A stretch of DNA of 64,000 bases from Octopus sinensis. Lineage: Eukaryota. Positions within the stretch are counted from its first letter, which is position 1; the number at the start of each line of letters is the position of its first letter. Positions 38,068-52,214 of this stretch are shown here, piece by piece. The translations under genes and the position numbers were made by a program. The stretch lies in the NCBI RefSeq assembly GCF_006345805.1, contig NC_043001.1:97774001-97838000 (forward strand), written 5' to 3'. A model generated the notes under the pieces. The model searched no databases and was not told where the DNA came from. It saw nothing but the letters and a program-made list of their open reading frames with translations.

Positions 38068-38480
38068 TATAGGCGTAGCGGTGTGTGTGGTTAGGAGCTT
38101 GCTTACGAACAACATTTTTCTGTGTTGAGTCCTACTGCGTCGTACCTTGGGCAAGTGTCTTCTACTACAGCGTCTGGCCGGCCAAACCCAGGTGAGTGGA
38201 TTTGGTAGAGGGAAACAGAAAGAAGCGTGTCGTATATATGCATATATATATATATGTGTATGTTTGTCGTTGTGTATGTTTATCTGTGTTTGTCCCCAAA
38301 CATCGCTTGACAACCGATGGTGGTGTGTTTACGTCCCTGTACCCTAGCAGTTCTGCAAAAGATACCGATAGAATAAGTAATAGGCTTAGAAAGAATAAGA
38401 CCTGGGGTCGATTTGCTCGACTAAAAGGCGGTGCTCCAGCATGGCCGCAGTCAAATGACTAAAACAAGTAAAAGAGTAAA
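38068..38480 (+). mobile_element. tRNA-derived SINE, family A
   Basis: TAGGCGTAGCGGTGTGTGTGGTTAGGAG head through the CAGTCAAATGACTAAAACAAGTAAAAGAG tail. Confidence 0.85.
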
Positions 38481-38484
38481 ACAG

Positions 38485-38554
<70 letters not shown>

Positions 38555-38559
38555 CGCAA

Positions 38560-38748
38560 TGATAGATCGTTAGCCACTACACACATTTTTCCTCTCCTTG
38601 TTTCTCTCCTTGTTTTTTCTGTGTTCCTTTCTGTAGAAGAGCGTAGGCTCGAAACGTAAAAGACTTTTTCTATTCCTGAGCGTTACACTAATACATCTGT
38701 TGTTTTGTACACCACCTGTCTTCGTCTATTGTTTTTTTCGTAAACTCT

Positions 38749-38752
<4 letters not shown>
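38560..38752 (+). mobile_element. ~200 bp non-coding element with an HHR-like fold (family H1)
   Basis: Flanked by (TA)n on both sides. Fold at 38627-38662: CTTT-CTGTAGA-A-GAGC-GTAG-GCTC-GAAA-CG-TA-AAAG. Confidence 0.75.
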
Positions 38753-38789
<37 letters not shown>

Positions 38790-39452
38790 CTTTTTCTTAA
38801 CAAAGACTACATATGACAAGATTACAGGAAATCATGTAATCAGTAAAACAATTTAATGCCTGGAAATCTCTTGCAGATGTTTCTCAAACCGAAACTGTTT
38901 TTATATTTCATAAAGTATGCAAGAATAATATAATTTGTTATTCACATTGTGTGCAATGTCTTGCATTTATTATAGTTGTAGATGATGGGTCTTGCTTTAG
39001 ACTAAGTTGCTTCTAGTGCGTATTGCCTATTCGAACATCTCTTCGCTCCTTTGCGCCACATGGGATCAACTCTCCTCCTCTCTTCATTTAACTACCTCCC
39101 CTCGCCTCTCTCCCCCTCACACCTACTTCATCTCACCCACCTCTATTCTCATGCTCTGACACCTACTTCTCTTCACTCGTAATCTCCTTCTCTTGCATCT
39201 TCACTACTACCTACCTTCTTCTCCCTTTATCGTCACCCTTCTCTCGTATGTCAACCCCACCCCTACACTTTCCAACCCCACCTACCCTATCCTTCTCATC
39301 CCCCCACCCCCCACACGCACGTATATATATATATATTCACAATAATCCCTAATCATATCGTGATTAATCTATCGCAGTTCACCTATCGCCGATTCCTCCG
39401 CGGTGTTCTTTTGCATTTACAATAAAATAAATATATACAAAATTATTAAAAT

Positions 39453-39523
<71 letters not shown>

Positions 39524-40638
39524 GTGTATATATGTATATGTATATATATAAATATGTGCAAATATATATTTATTTATATGTATAAAAATATATATGTATT
39601 AATATATACATATATATATATATGTATGTATGTATGCATATATATATACATACAAACATACATACATATATGCGATCATAGATACGCATATGTATATATG
39701 AGTGTTCTCCTTTCTTATTTTGTTGACGTTCTGTTTTCTTGATGTCCTGTATCCATATATCCGTCTATATATACATACATATATAGTTATGTACATATAT
39801 CTATGTATATATGCATATATTTACATTATCATATGATCAAACGCCACGCATCCATTTTCAAGTAAGTTATATATACATATATGAATTTGCAGACAGCTGG
39901 ATTGATATGTACATACATACAGAAGTATGCACAGAAACATGCTCACACACATGACTGTATATATGTATATACATGCAACCAACATTCTCTTTATTTTTTT
40001 TATCTCCTAAAATTATTTCCAGAAGGGGTTAACTGATTCCTAACGAAGAAACGAATGCTTGTTAGATAATTGATATTTATGCTCTCCTGCATATTCTGTA
40101 TATATAACGTATCAGCAACGTGACATTTAATATTTGCCTTTCATCCCTTGTTGTGTTCATGTGACCAGATACATTCTTTTGTTTCATGCTTTCTTCGTAT
40201 TAATTTCCTAAGAAATTATTTTCTATCCCCCTTTCTTTCATTTGATAAAACATCCAAACCGAAACGTGATATTCTCTTCCGTTTATTCCTTTGGCATGCT
40301 ATGCCTAATTGTAGCCTCTCTCCTTTCTTATATATTCCCTTTATATTTCTACGCACACACATACACTCAGGCACAAACACATACACAGGTTTCCTATTAA
40401 TGCTATTCGTGGTTGTATAAAAATCCCAGCAGATGAAAGCAATTCTTATCCCTTTTCTAGATTCATTAATTAGACTTCAATTTCAAGCAAGAGAAGTTCA
40501 GTTACCTCCATTTAATGTTCAAAGATTTCCAATAAGGTTCTTTAACTATCCTTGAATGTGTAAATGTGTGTATCGGGAGGTGATTTTGCTCAGTCTAACA
40601 CTTACGCACTTGTGCAACAACAACACACACACATGTGG

Positions 40639-40673
<35 letters not shown>

Positions 40674-40707
40674 CACACCGATAATCACACACACATACGA
40701 ACACATA

Positions 40708-41167
40708 CCGTAAGTCCTTGAGTATAATCCGCATTTTTTTCCCAAAATTCAAAGTCAAAATCTCTAGTGCGTACTATATACGAGGTTTCAAATGAAAAAT
40801 ATTTTCTAACCAATGTCCGAGTCTCGATTTGCTGTCCAGCAATGTCTATTCAGACGCATTTTGTGGTGTCGGGTGCGAAAATACCTTAGGCTAAGCATGA
40901 AAGCAATGAAGTCATAAAAAGGATCATCAACAACTTGCAGTAAGCAATATTCATTAAAATAAAAGCATTCAGAACATTCAGAACATCACCATTACTGTAT
41001 TACGCATGCGTGGAAGTGTTTGTTCGACTAATTACTGCTGGCTTAATTACGCACGACTGAAGTTAGAGAAGGAGTGCGTATTATACACAAGGTTTTTCAG
41101 AGGTATAGCCCCCTAAAAATCCCCTGCGTATTATACTCAAGGGCGGATTATACACGAAGATTTACCG
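40708..41167. mobile_element. Tc2/pogo-type MITE (460 bp)
   Basis: Imperfect TIRs C(C/G)GTAA(G/A)TC..G.GTATAATCCGC flanked by TA. A subterminal TGCGTA(T/C)TATA motif is repeated. The TIR style is recalled from TcMar-Tc2 families. Confidence 0.75.
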
Positions 41168-42398
41168 TATACAAACATGAGCTCCTTTCTTTCTCTGTTA
41201 CCTACTCCATCTACATTTACATTTTCTTTGTAGATACATGTTTCAATAGCATACAATGTCTATATTATTTTATTTCAGATTTTCAGCAATTGTAGCTGCA
41301 GTTATTCACACTAATCATCCTCTTACGTATTCCAAATTATTTAAAAGTAGCATTCCTTTTTCAACTGTTCTGACCATATTTCGAGAAGAAAAACTGAATC
41401 ATTCAACTAAGTTAGTTATACAATACGAAAACGGTACCCATAATGGGTAGTATTTTATATTTGTATGTATGTACTATCCATGTATGTATGAATGCGTCTA
41501 TGTATGCATGAATGTATGTCATTATTATGTTTTATTTCCAGATTTCTAGTCAGCCCCGACAGGGTCGGTTTCTAATCTAAATCCAAGATTTCTAATCTAG
41601 ATCCTTCATTGAAATTTCAACAACAGGGTATGTATGTTTATAAATGTGTAGAATTTGGAGTCAGTGTATGTGCAGATTTGTATGTTTTGTTTTATCTATG
41701 TATTGTCATGTATATTAGTCCCATGTTTTACATGTGCACATGTGCACCCTAGATGATAACAAATAAGACCCGTCAAAAGGCGGGGAAACTCATGAGCAGT
41801 CTACTGCCATACATCAAATATGTGTAAATACGTATATATCCCTTTTTAAATATATTCTTACTTAAAAATACTTAAAAAATGAACTTCTGCAAAGTTTTAC
41901 AGAATTGTGTTTTACAGAATTTTGCAGTTCTGGTGATAGTTTGGATATGTAATCTTCAAATCAGGTTTTTCCTTTCTGGTTTTGAAAATCTTACTTTCTC
42001 AAAATTAGTGCTCCGGTATTGCGCTACATATCTTGTGACCAGATAATAACAGATATGAGCCTGAAATTGTAATCTGAGTGGAGTAATTCTAGATTTCTCT
42101 ATAGTTAAGCGTAGGTATTCTCTTTTCGATAGTCCTGGGTGTATATGTGTATATTAATATGTATATATGTATGTATGTATGCATTTATGTATATATATAC
42201 GTATGTCTGTATGCATGTATGCATGTATGTATATGCGTGTCTGTATCTGTGTATGTTATTTAGTATGCATTTATTTTTATGTGTATGTATGTGTATGTAT
42301 TTATATGTAATTATGGGTGCAATAGTTTGATTGCTGCTAAGATAGTTATTTACCAAATTTGTACGCATACATGTAATGCATAAACACACACAGACACG

Positions 42399-42449
<51 letters not shown>

Positions 42450-42581
42450 GTATTTATGTATGTATGTATGTATACATGTGTATATATTCATTTATACATT
42501 GACACTGAATATGCATATATATATATATGTATATATGTATGTATATGTATGTATATGTATATATATATATATGTGTATATG

Positions 42582-42893
42582 TGTATTTTTTCATCTACCA
42601 GATGGAGTTGGGAAAAAAAACAATCATACCTTACATGAAACTCATAAAAGATGTCACACGTTTTCGCATATATACACGTTTGCCTATATATATATATATA
42701 GGCAAATGTGTATATATGCGAAAACGTGTGACATCTTTTATGAGTTTGCCTATATATATATATATATATATATATAGATATATATATAGGCAAATGTGTA
42801 TATATGCGAAAACGTGTGACATCTTTTATGAGTTTCATGTAAGGTATGATTGTTTTTTTTCTTCCAACTCCATCTGGTAGATGCAAAAATACA
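42582..42893. repeat. (TA)n-centred inverted duplication with an internal partial re-duplication
   Basis: 42582-42684 is inverted relative to 42789-42893, with a few mismatches. An extra 47-bp inverted copy lies at 42701-42747. Confidence 0.9.
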
Positions 42894-44804
42894 GAGGAAT
42901 GCATGTTATACATACGTACAGCTCATACATGTTTGTTCTGTCTCTATGACGACATAAAATTCATATGAATATTTGCTATAGTAACGTTGAAACTTATGTC
43001 AAACAGACTATCGAAACCAAGCAGTAGATTTATGTCACTATTGTATTTTACACACTCCACTTCATATACTTTTCGTTTGCAGAAATGGATTATGTTCTGA
43101 CAATCTTCATGCCTATGTATTTGTAAACCTTGTTTGTTATCTCCCTTTTGAGCCTCACATTTAATTGTAAATGTATTTTGTTGTCACAATTTGTACAATT
43201 TGTTATTCTAGGGAATGATACAAGTAAGTATCTTAAAGTTTTATTTTAATGTTTGCTTACATAACTATACTACACTTCTGTTTGTTTCAGTTACTGATAA
43301 CACATCATACGTATAGGAAAATATCTCTCGTGACTATCTTTATGAGATGCATAGGTTAACTGGAGAATACAAAGAATATTGTATTATTAGCTTTTTGTTT
43401 CATTTCCGACGTATATTTTTTGATTCGTGTTGATGTGTGTGGGAATTTAATACACTTTGTGGATATTGATTCGTAAAACAGAGTAATTAATAACCCTCGA
43501 GTTAGAAGGATAGTGTCACCGACAACTAAATATTCTCTGATTACATACGCACATATATGCATAGCATCGTACAACACCTGCAGAGCGATATATTCAATAT
43601 ATAATTACGTGATTAATTTCGATTAAATCGCATTACGAGATAATTCAATTCTCTTTATTTATCTATTACTAAAGATATTTCGAATTAAATTTCTAGTGAA
43701 TAAAATTGATTGGTTTGATATTTGTAAAAATTCTAAGTAAATTTTACAATGAAATTACCCTTTCTGAAGAGATTATAAATATAATTATTATTCTATATAT
43801 GTACACCTATGTACCTATTTATCCTAAGACTGATTTATGTTTGTGCATGCGTATGTACCCTTTAGGTATATCTGGGTATTTGTATGTATATTTGGAAGGT
43901 GTGTATTTCCTTCCGTAAGCAAGATCAAAAATATAGATTTACGTTGCTTTTGAGAAACGCATTTAGGTTCAATTCTATTAGAGCTGATTACGTGGAATCG
44001 TTACCTATTTCAATACTTTGCTTTTGGTTAATTGTCACTTCTCTACAAGTTTATTCGGTACTATGTATTTCTTTACAGCTATCTTAAATTGTGTTACTTT
44101 ACTTTAATATCATCTTCGTAAGAATATGATCTCGCATGTCACACTAATAATTTTAAATGTAGACATCGTTAGAATAACTTTGGAACTAATGAAAACTTAG
44201 GCGGCACATGTTATTTATAAGAAAAAATAAACTGATAAAAAAAGTCCACAAATTTCGATTGTCTCCCTGTTATATTTTTTACTTGATAACATTTTTTTCC
44301 TGTTTCATTCCATTTTCTTTTTTCGGTGAAGAAAAGATAACTAAAGGTTCATGTGGTATATATGCCAGTAAGGTGAGCAAACAAAACATAAATGATATTG
44401 TGAAATACCTCGAAAATAAGAAACAGTAAATAAGATTGTTAATGTCATTGAAAAATCTAATAGGATAAATGTAATCACATGCTATCATTATGATGTCTTA
44501 TAGTAGCAATGTTACATTATTTTCATGAATACCTCAAATATTATTCCCATTTGCCTCTGCAGATATTGAATTAGTTTGCTTTCTATGTTCAAATTTAACC
44601 CTATTTTGGCATTAAAAAATTCTACCTTATAGAAGCGACTCAACAAATGTCGTATTCGTAGTAATTCCTATGATATATTGACGTTTTACAGATGGCAAAT
44701 CTAGCGTTAAATGATGCTCTGTATGGATCAAAATCCTGAGAAGAGGATCACCAATTGCTTGAAATATTCCCACATGGCCAGCAGTTTCGGGTAGGGGCAA
44801 ATCA

Positions 44805-44965
44805 CATCGTCTCCCCGCAGTGCTCAACTGGTACTTATTTAATCGACCATGGAAGGCTGAAACAAAGTCGACTTCCGCTGAATTTGTATTCAGAAAGAAA
44901 AGGCGCATGAAATACCGATAAGCATTATGTTCTGAGTGCTAACGATTCTGCCAGCTCGCCGCCTT
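44805..44965 (-). mobile_element. SINE family B 5' part
   Basis: Minus-strand AAGGCGGCGAGCTGGCAGAATCG head. Confidence 0.75.
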
Positions 44966-46065
44966 AGTACAGTTTATAATCAATTGTATTTTCAAACTAA
45001 AATAAACTGCTTTGACATTGGTTTAATTTATTTCAGTATCGTTATCATTTGCGCGAACCAAAACCAATGCGTTTGAGAGAAATTCTACAGAAGATATATT
45101 GTGTAAATAATCTTAGAATTTCACTTTTTCCCATCCTCTCACCATCCAACTCAAATTGTTTATGAAACTTAGCGAAAGAAAAAAAAATCAAACAAACAAT
45201 AGCCAATTCTTCTCTGTGTATAGTGACTATGGTAGGGTGAACATAATTGATTAAGGTCTTATAAATCTTTCTTGTGCTCCCATGATAGTATAAAGCAATT
45301 ATTGAAACAACGAGGAGTGTACTTCGCATCAATTTTTTACCAAAAATAAATAAATAAATGAAAATAAGGTTCCCTCGTTTTAGCGAGATTCGGTTTAATA
45401 AGATTTTTTAGTTGGTAGTACGCCGGGTAAAATTCTTGGCTGCATTTTCCTTTCGGTTTTCGTTCAACCTAGCAACACCAATAAAAAAAATTTGATGGCG
45501 TTTGTCCCAAAATTTGAAATCAGCGTAGGAAATAGTTTTTATCAAACATGGAAGGTCTTTCAAGAATTACGGAATGGATCGCAAATACTGTATACACTAA
45601 CGATCTAATCAAGTGAATATAATCAACTGTCGACAGAATTTTGCTTCGATAATTATGGAGATATTATTTAGGTATCTTATGGTCAGGTGTGCTGGGTTAT
45701 GTTTGTGCCCTTTACTACGCTTCTGTGATTAGCTGAAGTAATGTATTCTCAAATTAAAGAAGAAGGCTGCAACGATGAGCCTCCATTAAATACATCAGGT
45801 ATCTTGGTTGCGGTTATACACAAATGTGGTATTAAGTCTAACAACCGAATAAGTCAAGTCATGATTTGAACTCAAAATTTAAGAATTCGAGAAAAACACC
45901 TCGGGTTATCTCTTCCTAAGTTTTATAATCTCATCATATCACTACCCTGACTACTAACTAGTATTTATGGAATATAAAGTCGATGTCGGTGGCATTCGAG
46001 ACCCTCATTCAGCGTACAGGAATTATACAGCGAAGATTTTCTCTTTCACTGCAATACACAATGTA

Positions 46066-47183
46066 CAGGGTGCGAGAGGTAAATTTTTGCAATGTTATAT
46101 TTTAATTTCGCGTGTGTGCATTGTTTGCTTTTGATTTTGTCGACGACACAGCATTGTAGGGTCAATTGGGAACCGTCTGTACGAAAGACAGCACCATGAC
46201 GCAAAACAGTCTGCCAGACATTTGGAAACGACATTCTGTTCTGCTTGGCATTCCTGTCGGATTCTCCAGTATGAATATTTCAGAGTTTTTTGGTATCAAT
46301 CTGGGGACAGTGCAATCTGAGGACCTGTACCGAGAGTGATAAAAATCAAATATCCAGTCAACATCATGATGTTTCGCGAGATCACTAATGATAGCGACGC
46401 TATGCCTGTATTCATCTACCCACATAGCCTCAAACTCAACACGGAGCCTATATAAAGTATAGGCCTCACTGTCAAGGGGGAGAATGCTGGAATACCATAT
46501 ATCTGGCAACAAATAAAAGCAGCGACATGGCAGAAACGTTGGCACGCCGGGCGAAATGGTTAAAGGTATTTCGTCTGAAGTTACGTTCTGAGTTCAAATT
46601 CCGCCGAGGTCGACTTTGCTTTTCATCCTTTCGGGTTCGATTAAATAATTACCAGTTACGCACTGGGGTCGATGTACTCGACTTAATCCGTTTGTCTATC
46701 CTTGTTTGTTCCGCTTATGTTTAGCCCACTGTGGGCAATAAAGAAATAATTATATCTGGCAACATGACTATGTACCATGCCACATAAGCAGGTGAATCCA
46801 GTCAGAGTGTCAGGTGACCAGCGTGTTACCCTAACATCTGATCTCCTAACACTCTAGACTGCAACACCCTTGATTATTTTGTATGGAGCGCACTTGAGAG
46901 AGTGACCATCGTTACTCCTTGTAACACCAAGGATGAACTGGAGGCAAGGATTATGGCAGCATTCACCAACTTAAACAAGGATAACTTCTGGAAGTGTTGC
47001 TGAAGATTCCAAAGTTATCTGAAGGCTGTGGTTGAAGTCAATGGCAATTGTATTGAATGAATTTATTCTTTAGCATTTCAAGATATTTTAATATAATTTT
47101 GGTAAATATTTCTGTGAAAATGAGATTTCAGTGTTATTTTCATTTTTGCCCAATTTAGACGACAGCTTATCCACTGCACCCTG
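46066..47183 (+). mobile_element. Internally deleted maT/DD37D-like transposon
   Basis: CAGGGTGC termini flanked by TA. Decayed peptides KYPVNIMMF..ITNDSDAMPVFIYP, YIWQHD..PCH, DCNTLDYFVW and NTKDELEARIMAAF...KAVVEVNGNCIE. The D37D assignment comes from motif similarity, not an exact count. Confidence 0.8.
46512..46750 (+). mobile_element. SINE family B inserted in the transposase with a 14-bp TSD
   Basis: TATATCTGGCAACA at 46498-46511 and 46751-46764. Confidence 0.9.
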
Positions 47184-50100
47184 TATATACACGCTGAGTT
47201 TATGGTAAACGAAAAGCTTGCATTTCATGATTTAATCTATGTTTCAGGTAATTCTTCCAGTCATGATTCGAAATCATGAATAATACACACAAATCGTAAC
47301 ACATGTTTTTACTTTGAAGGCTTTAATGCTGGATTACAGTTTAGGGAATTACAAAGAGTACTTTAATTGAAAGGGTCCATAATAAATGTTTTATGTGATA
47401 TACCTGTACTGATATGTATATATTTTTCTTTACTATGAATGTTCTTTTTATGAATAACAATCCAACATCCAATCAGTTATTGTGTATAAGTATATATATA
47501 TTCCTTAGACATTAAATATTATTAAAATCATGAAACTATATATTTTTATTGGAGTTTAGTTCATTCGATGAAATCGACTTCAAATTGGGACCTACATTCA
47601 TTTGCCGACTCACTGTTGTTGAACGCTAACTTTAATCTTCTTAGATATGAACGCAGGATTTAAAGGAATAAGTATTTCCTACCATATTGCAATTTATGCC
47701 TCTGCAATGAATTCCTTAGTTATTTTTGTTTTGTTCTATTACCGTCTCAAAATTATATGTTATCACAGCCACAAACGTATATAGCCGAAAATAACAAAGA
47801 GCGACAATACACTTCTTTTCTAAGATTTCGTATTTTCAACACGATCATTTACGATGGTAGTTTTGGCATTATCAAAAATGAAATATTTATGGTGAAATCA
47901 CTAAAATTAGCCTTTCTTCGTAACATCAAGATTGTTCTATAAATGAGTAGAAATTTTCTGCATCAATGAATCTTATTAATGCTTCACTCTGTATCGTATT
48001 CCCTAATACAAAATAACACTTTACCAAATCTATATGTACAACTAAATGGGGTTATTTGTGTTTGAATTAATAAACATTTTACAAGAAAAACAAACTACTC
48101 GATGTTAACAACGAGCGTGTATTGCACTTCCCTACAGTTCAGATAAATGCTGAGAATTTTAGCTCGATGCATTTATTCGATCATGGGTAAACTATTCTAC
48201 TCAAATACTATTAACTTTATAAATGCAGAATGTAGAAATGTCTCAAAGCATTATTGCTATTCAGATCGTGTATTGTGTAGCAACGCTAGAATAAACTCAC
48301 AATTCCCTTGTACTAACTGGATGGAGATGACGTGTGTTGGAATGCCGCTAATGCATTATTTTACTGTTTTTCTTTTCTTTTATATTTCTGCTAAAACAAC
48401 TTTCCACTTGAGAAATGGCCTTCTATGATTTACTTCCTAACTACGGCTACAGTTTCGTGAATAGATAAAGGAGCTTTTATTGTGTTTGTCGTTGTTTTAC
48501 TTTTGCGGCTGCTGTTGCAACTGTTGTTTTTGTTATTACAGCAGGTTTCAACTTCAGTGAGAAAATTGTGTTTTGAAGAGCATGAAACGATAACTATTAT
48601 ATAACAGCAAGAATATAGTTAAATATCGATAGAAGAGATTGAAAGAAACATATTTAAAGTTTGCTTTAGTTTTAAGACGATTGCATTATATAAGTCAGAG
48701 GTGTGTTGGGAATTTAAGCATAGATTGAGTTGAAGCTATGATACGGCAGCCATTTAAAGTGTTCATATACAAATGTGAAGAAGACTTGAAACCAGCTGGA
48801 AAATCTTCTATGAATAGATACAGTAACAAAACAAAAACTGAAAATTAGATAAAACTGCCTGCAGTAAATAGCCTCGTCCAGCTGAGATCTCTTCAATTTT
48901 AAATCATATTTTTTTTTTCTGTCTCGAAATACACAAAAATAATGACCTTTAAGAAATATGAATGAAATATTTTGCAAGTGTTTATTTCTTCCTGATTTGA
49001 AACAATGATTAACAACACCCTATATTAACTGCATTGTAGTTAAAATTATATATCATGCAAGTGTTTTCACTAAACACTAAGACAGAAGTTTAAAATCTAA
49101 TATATTACAGAATGGAATATCTAAAACTATGCGTAAAATTTATGTTTTATATCAAAATATATGATTATAAGGGGGAATTTATTACTCAAATTTATTATTG
49201 ACTTCTTCAATTTATTTATAGTAATTATCAATTTGACGGGTTTATAAACACTTCATGTATTATATGTAACCTAAATTTATTGAGATGGCGCCCTGTAGTG
49301 ATATTGATTATAAATGAAATAAAATCATGGGATACGTTGCGTGAGCATAATTGTTCTAATAACACTGGTGACGTTAGCCTTTTGAGCGAAACCACGATTT
49401 GATCATTTCATTTCTTACCAAGCTGATCACATGGATAATGAATTATTTCATAGGAATTACAGAGAGATATTGTGGTAATGCATGAAATAAAATATTTCGT
49501 AGAGAAACAACATCCATTATCGTAATGAAAGATAAGAAGATTTGAATTTAGCAAGGAATACGTCAGTAAGATAGAAAATAACGTATCAGTGAGCAATGAA
49601 ATAACTGAACAACCTTTCACTCTATTACTGCCATAACTGAATCCAATAAAGAACGAAATAAATCCATGACAAAAGACGAATCACTTCAAAAATAGAAAGA
49701 GTTAACTAGATTCGTTCAACAATCAGGAAAAGCAAAATGAAAGGAATAAAGAAGATAATCAAGAAGGAAAATTAGAATATATAACAGTGGATAATTAAAT
49801 ATGGAAAATAATCGTTTTAAGCAAACATATTAAATACGTTTGCTAAGAAATGGAAAGATAGTATATAAATATGATAATGAATTAAATCTGCTGGCGTAAT
49901 GCCGTAAATAGTCAATGACGTTTGTGTTAATTATATGAATAGTTTTGTGAACTAGGAAACGTCTAATACATATTTCACTTCGCATAGTTACCCATCAACC
50001 ACATATACTGAAATAGTATGTACGTATCTTACCATATTTCGTCTTAAGCTTTAAAATAGATTAATGTAATATAATTTACTTTGCTTACAGCAACAAATAA

Positions 50101-50479
50101 AAATTTTAAATTTAAATTGTCCATTTTAAGACTTACATTTAATATAAAGTATGTATAAAGTTTCCAGTGTTAGTTCTTCACTAAGTCTCTATTTTCATCT
50201 TTAACAAAATATAAATACAAAACTCAGCAATGACTCCGAATTAAAGACATCATGCTTGCATCACCTACCGAAATTAATTGAAGAATTCACCGAATGTCTC
50301 GTAGGTTGATAATTTTCATCCAAGTAGTTACTGTTCAGATGCACATTGGAGATTAGTGTCACACTGTTAATTGAGTATCATGCAGAAAGCAACCTGTTGC
50401 ATCTTGAGGAGATGGATTCGGATTGTACCGGAAACGGAAAGTAAATGTGAGAATATGTATTGCGTCCAAGCATTTTTTA

Positions 50480-50836
50480 TCTTTCATTTTGTTTTATTCA
50501 TTTGACTGAAGTCCTGCTGGGCCGCCAACTTTTTTTATGCTTAATACTTATTATATCGGTCTCTTTTGCAGTGCCGCTTGATTACGGGGACATAAATACA
50601 CCGAAACCGGCTGTTAAGCGGTGGTGGGACAAGTACAGGCAGAGACACACGCACACATACATACAATCCCACATATGTATGATGGGCTTCATTTTGTTTC
50701 TATCTATGAAATCCACTGAGAGGGCTCTGGTCCACCCGATGCTATAGTAGAAGATACTTGCCCAAGATGCCACGCAGCGTAACTAAACCCAGGATCATAT
50801 GGATGGGAAGCAAGCTTCTTACGAGGTAGCCACGCC
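50480..50836 (-). mobile_element. SINE family A, diverged
   Basis: GATACTTGCCCAAGATGCCACGCAGCGTAACTAAACCC head region and the family tail. Confidence 0.75.
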
Positions 50837-51786
50837 ACAATAGTGAAATTATTCGCGCATTTCTGGAAACCTCAGTCAAAAGTTCTGAAAAAAGTTCTCT
50901 AATTACAATAATTCAACAGAAATTTGTTATAAAATATTGAATTATTAGAACTTGAGGATTGAGGACAAGCCATTGAAAAGGTCGCTATTATCGATGACAA
51001 AACTTTGATTAACAAACAAACGATTGGTTGTTTAACCAGCATATTAAATAAACTAACGATTAGTTAGCTGGTTGATTAATTGATTAACAATAATGAAGTG
51101 ATACTGAACTTCATCGTGTGTTATTATTGGCGTCAATACCCTCTCAAGACACAAGATTTTTTCAACAGACAAGAATTTCGCAAACCAAATATCAAGACGT
51201 AATCGAACTATCAGCTAAGCGTATAAATACGTTTATTCATTACACAATAAATGCAAATAATATTTGTAAACTCGTATATAATATGAACCAAGAAGGGAAG
51301 AAACATGTAAGGGAAGACGTGAGATTCTAGAAAGGACTGTCAAATACCAATGGCATGGTCAAAGTGAGAGATCAATTGTTCATTTGTTTATCTACTAAGA
51401 AACGAGTTTAGTTTAGAAAGCAAAATCACATTGTGTCATATATGTGTGTACGACCATGAGTGACGTTTATTTGTATACGTATAGGTTTAATGCATAACTA
51501 CGGCTGAAAGTGTTAACATTTAAAGCACCTATATCTGGGCCAAAATATTCTACTTGTTTTGTGTTCAAATCCGCCATACGATTTGTCTCCATTTTTTTTT
51601 ACCGAGCCTAAAGCGCCATTCTAGAAATATTTGAAATCTTAAAGATACAAAAGAGTACATGATTAATGCAAAACACTGTAAATATACAAGCACTAAATTT
51701 GACAAATCAATTTGGCTGTTAAAAGGATAAGGAAATACAACTATTTTACTCAACTATATATATATATACACGCACACACACAGAGT

Positions 51787-51848
<62 letters not shown>

Positions 51849-51952
51849 AACACACACACACATATGTATATAAAAGATCCAAAGTACACAACTAAATGCC
51901 TGAGCCAGGAATCCGATGCAACACTCTAACCACTTTGCTACTCCTTTCTGCT

Positions 51953-52156
51953 ATGGGCAGAAAGCCTGAAATTTTAGGGGAGGGAAGAAATCGATTACAT
52001 CAGCCCCAGTGTTTCAGTGGTATTTAATATATCGACCTCGAAATGATGACAGGCAAAGTCGACCTCAGCGGAACCTGAACTCAGGACGTAGCGATAGGCG
52101 AAATGCTACTATGCATTTCGTCCGGTGCGCTAAATATTTTGCCAGCTCGCCGCCTT
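51953..52156 (-). mobile_element. SINE family B, diverged
   Basis: Minus-strand AAGGCGGCGAGCTGGCAAAA head. Confidence 0.75.
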
Positions 52157-52214
52157 AACCACTTAGCTGTGTGCCTCTCCTTCTCTTACACACATACACA
52201 CACCTATGCAGTAC

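Noticed and set aside
50339-50440. 102-bp open segment between AG and GTAAAT (possible symmetric exon)
   Set aside because: The splice sites are weak, the peptide is unrecognisable and no partner exons were found.
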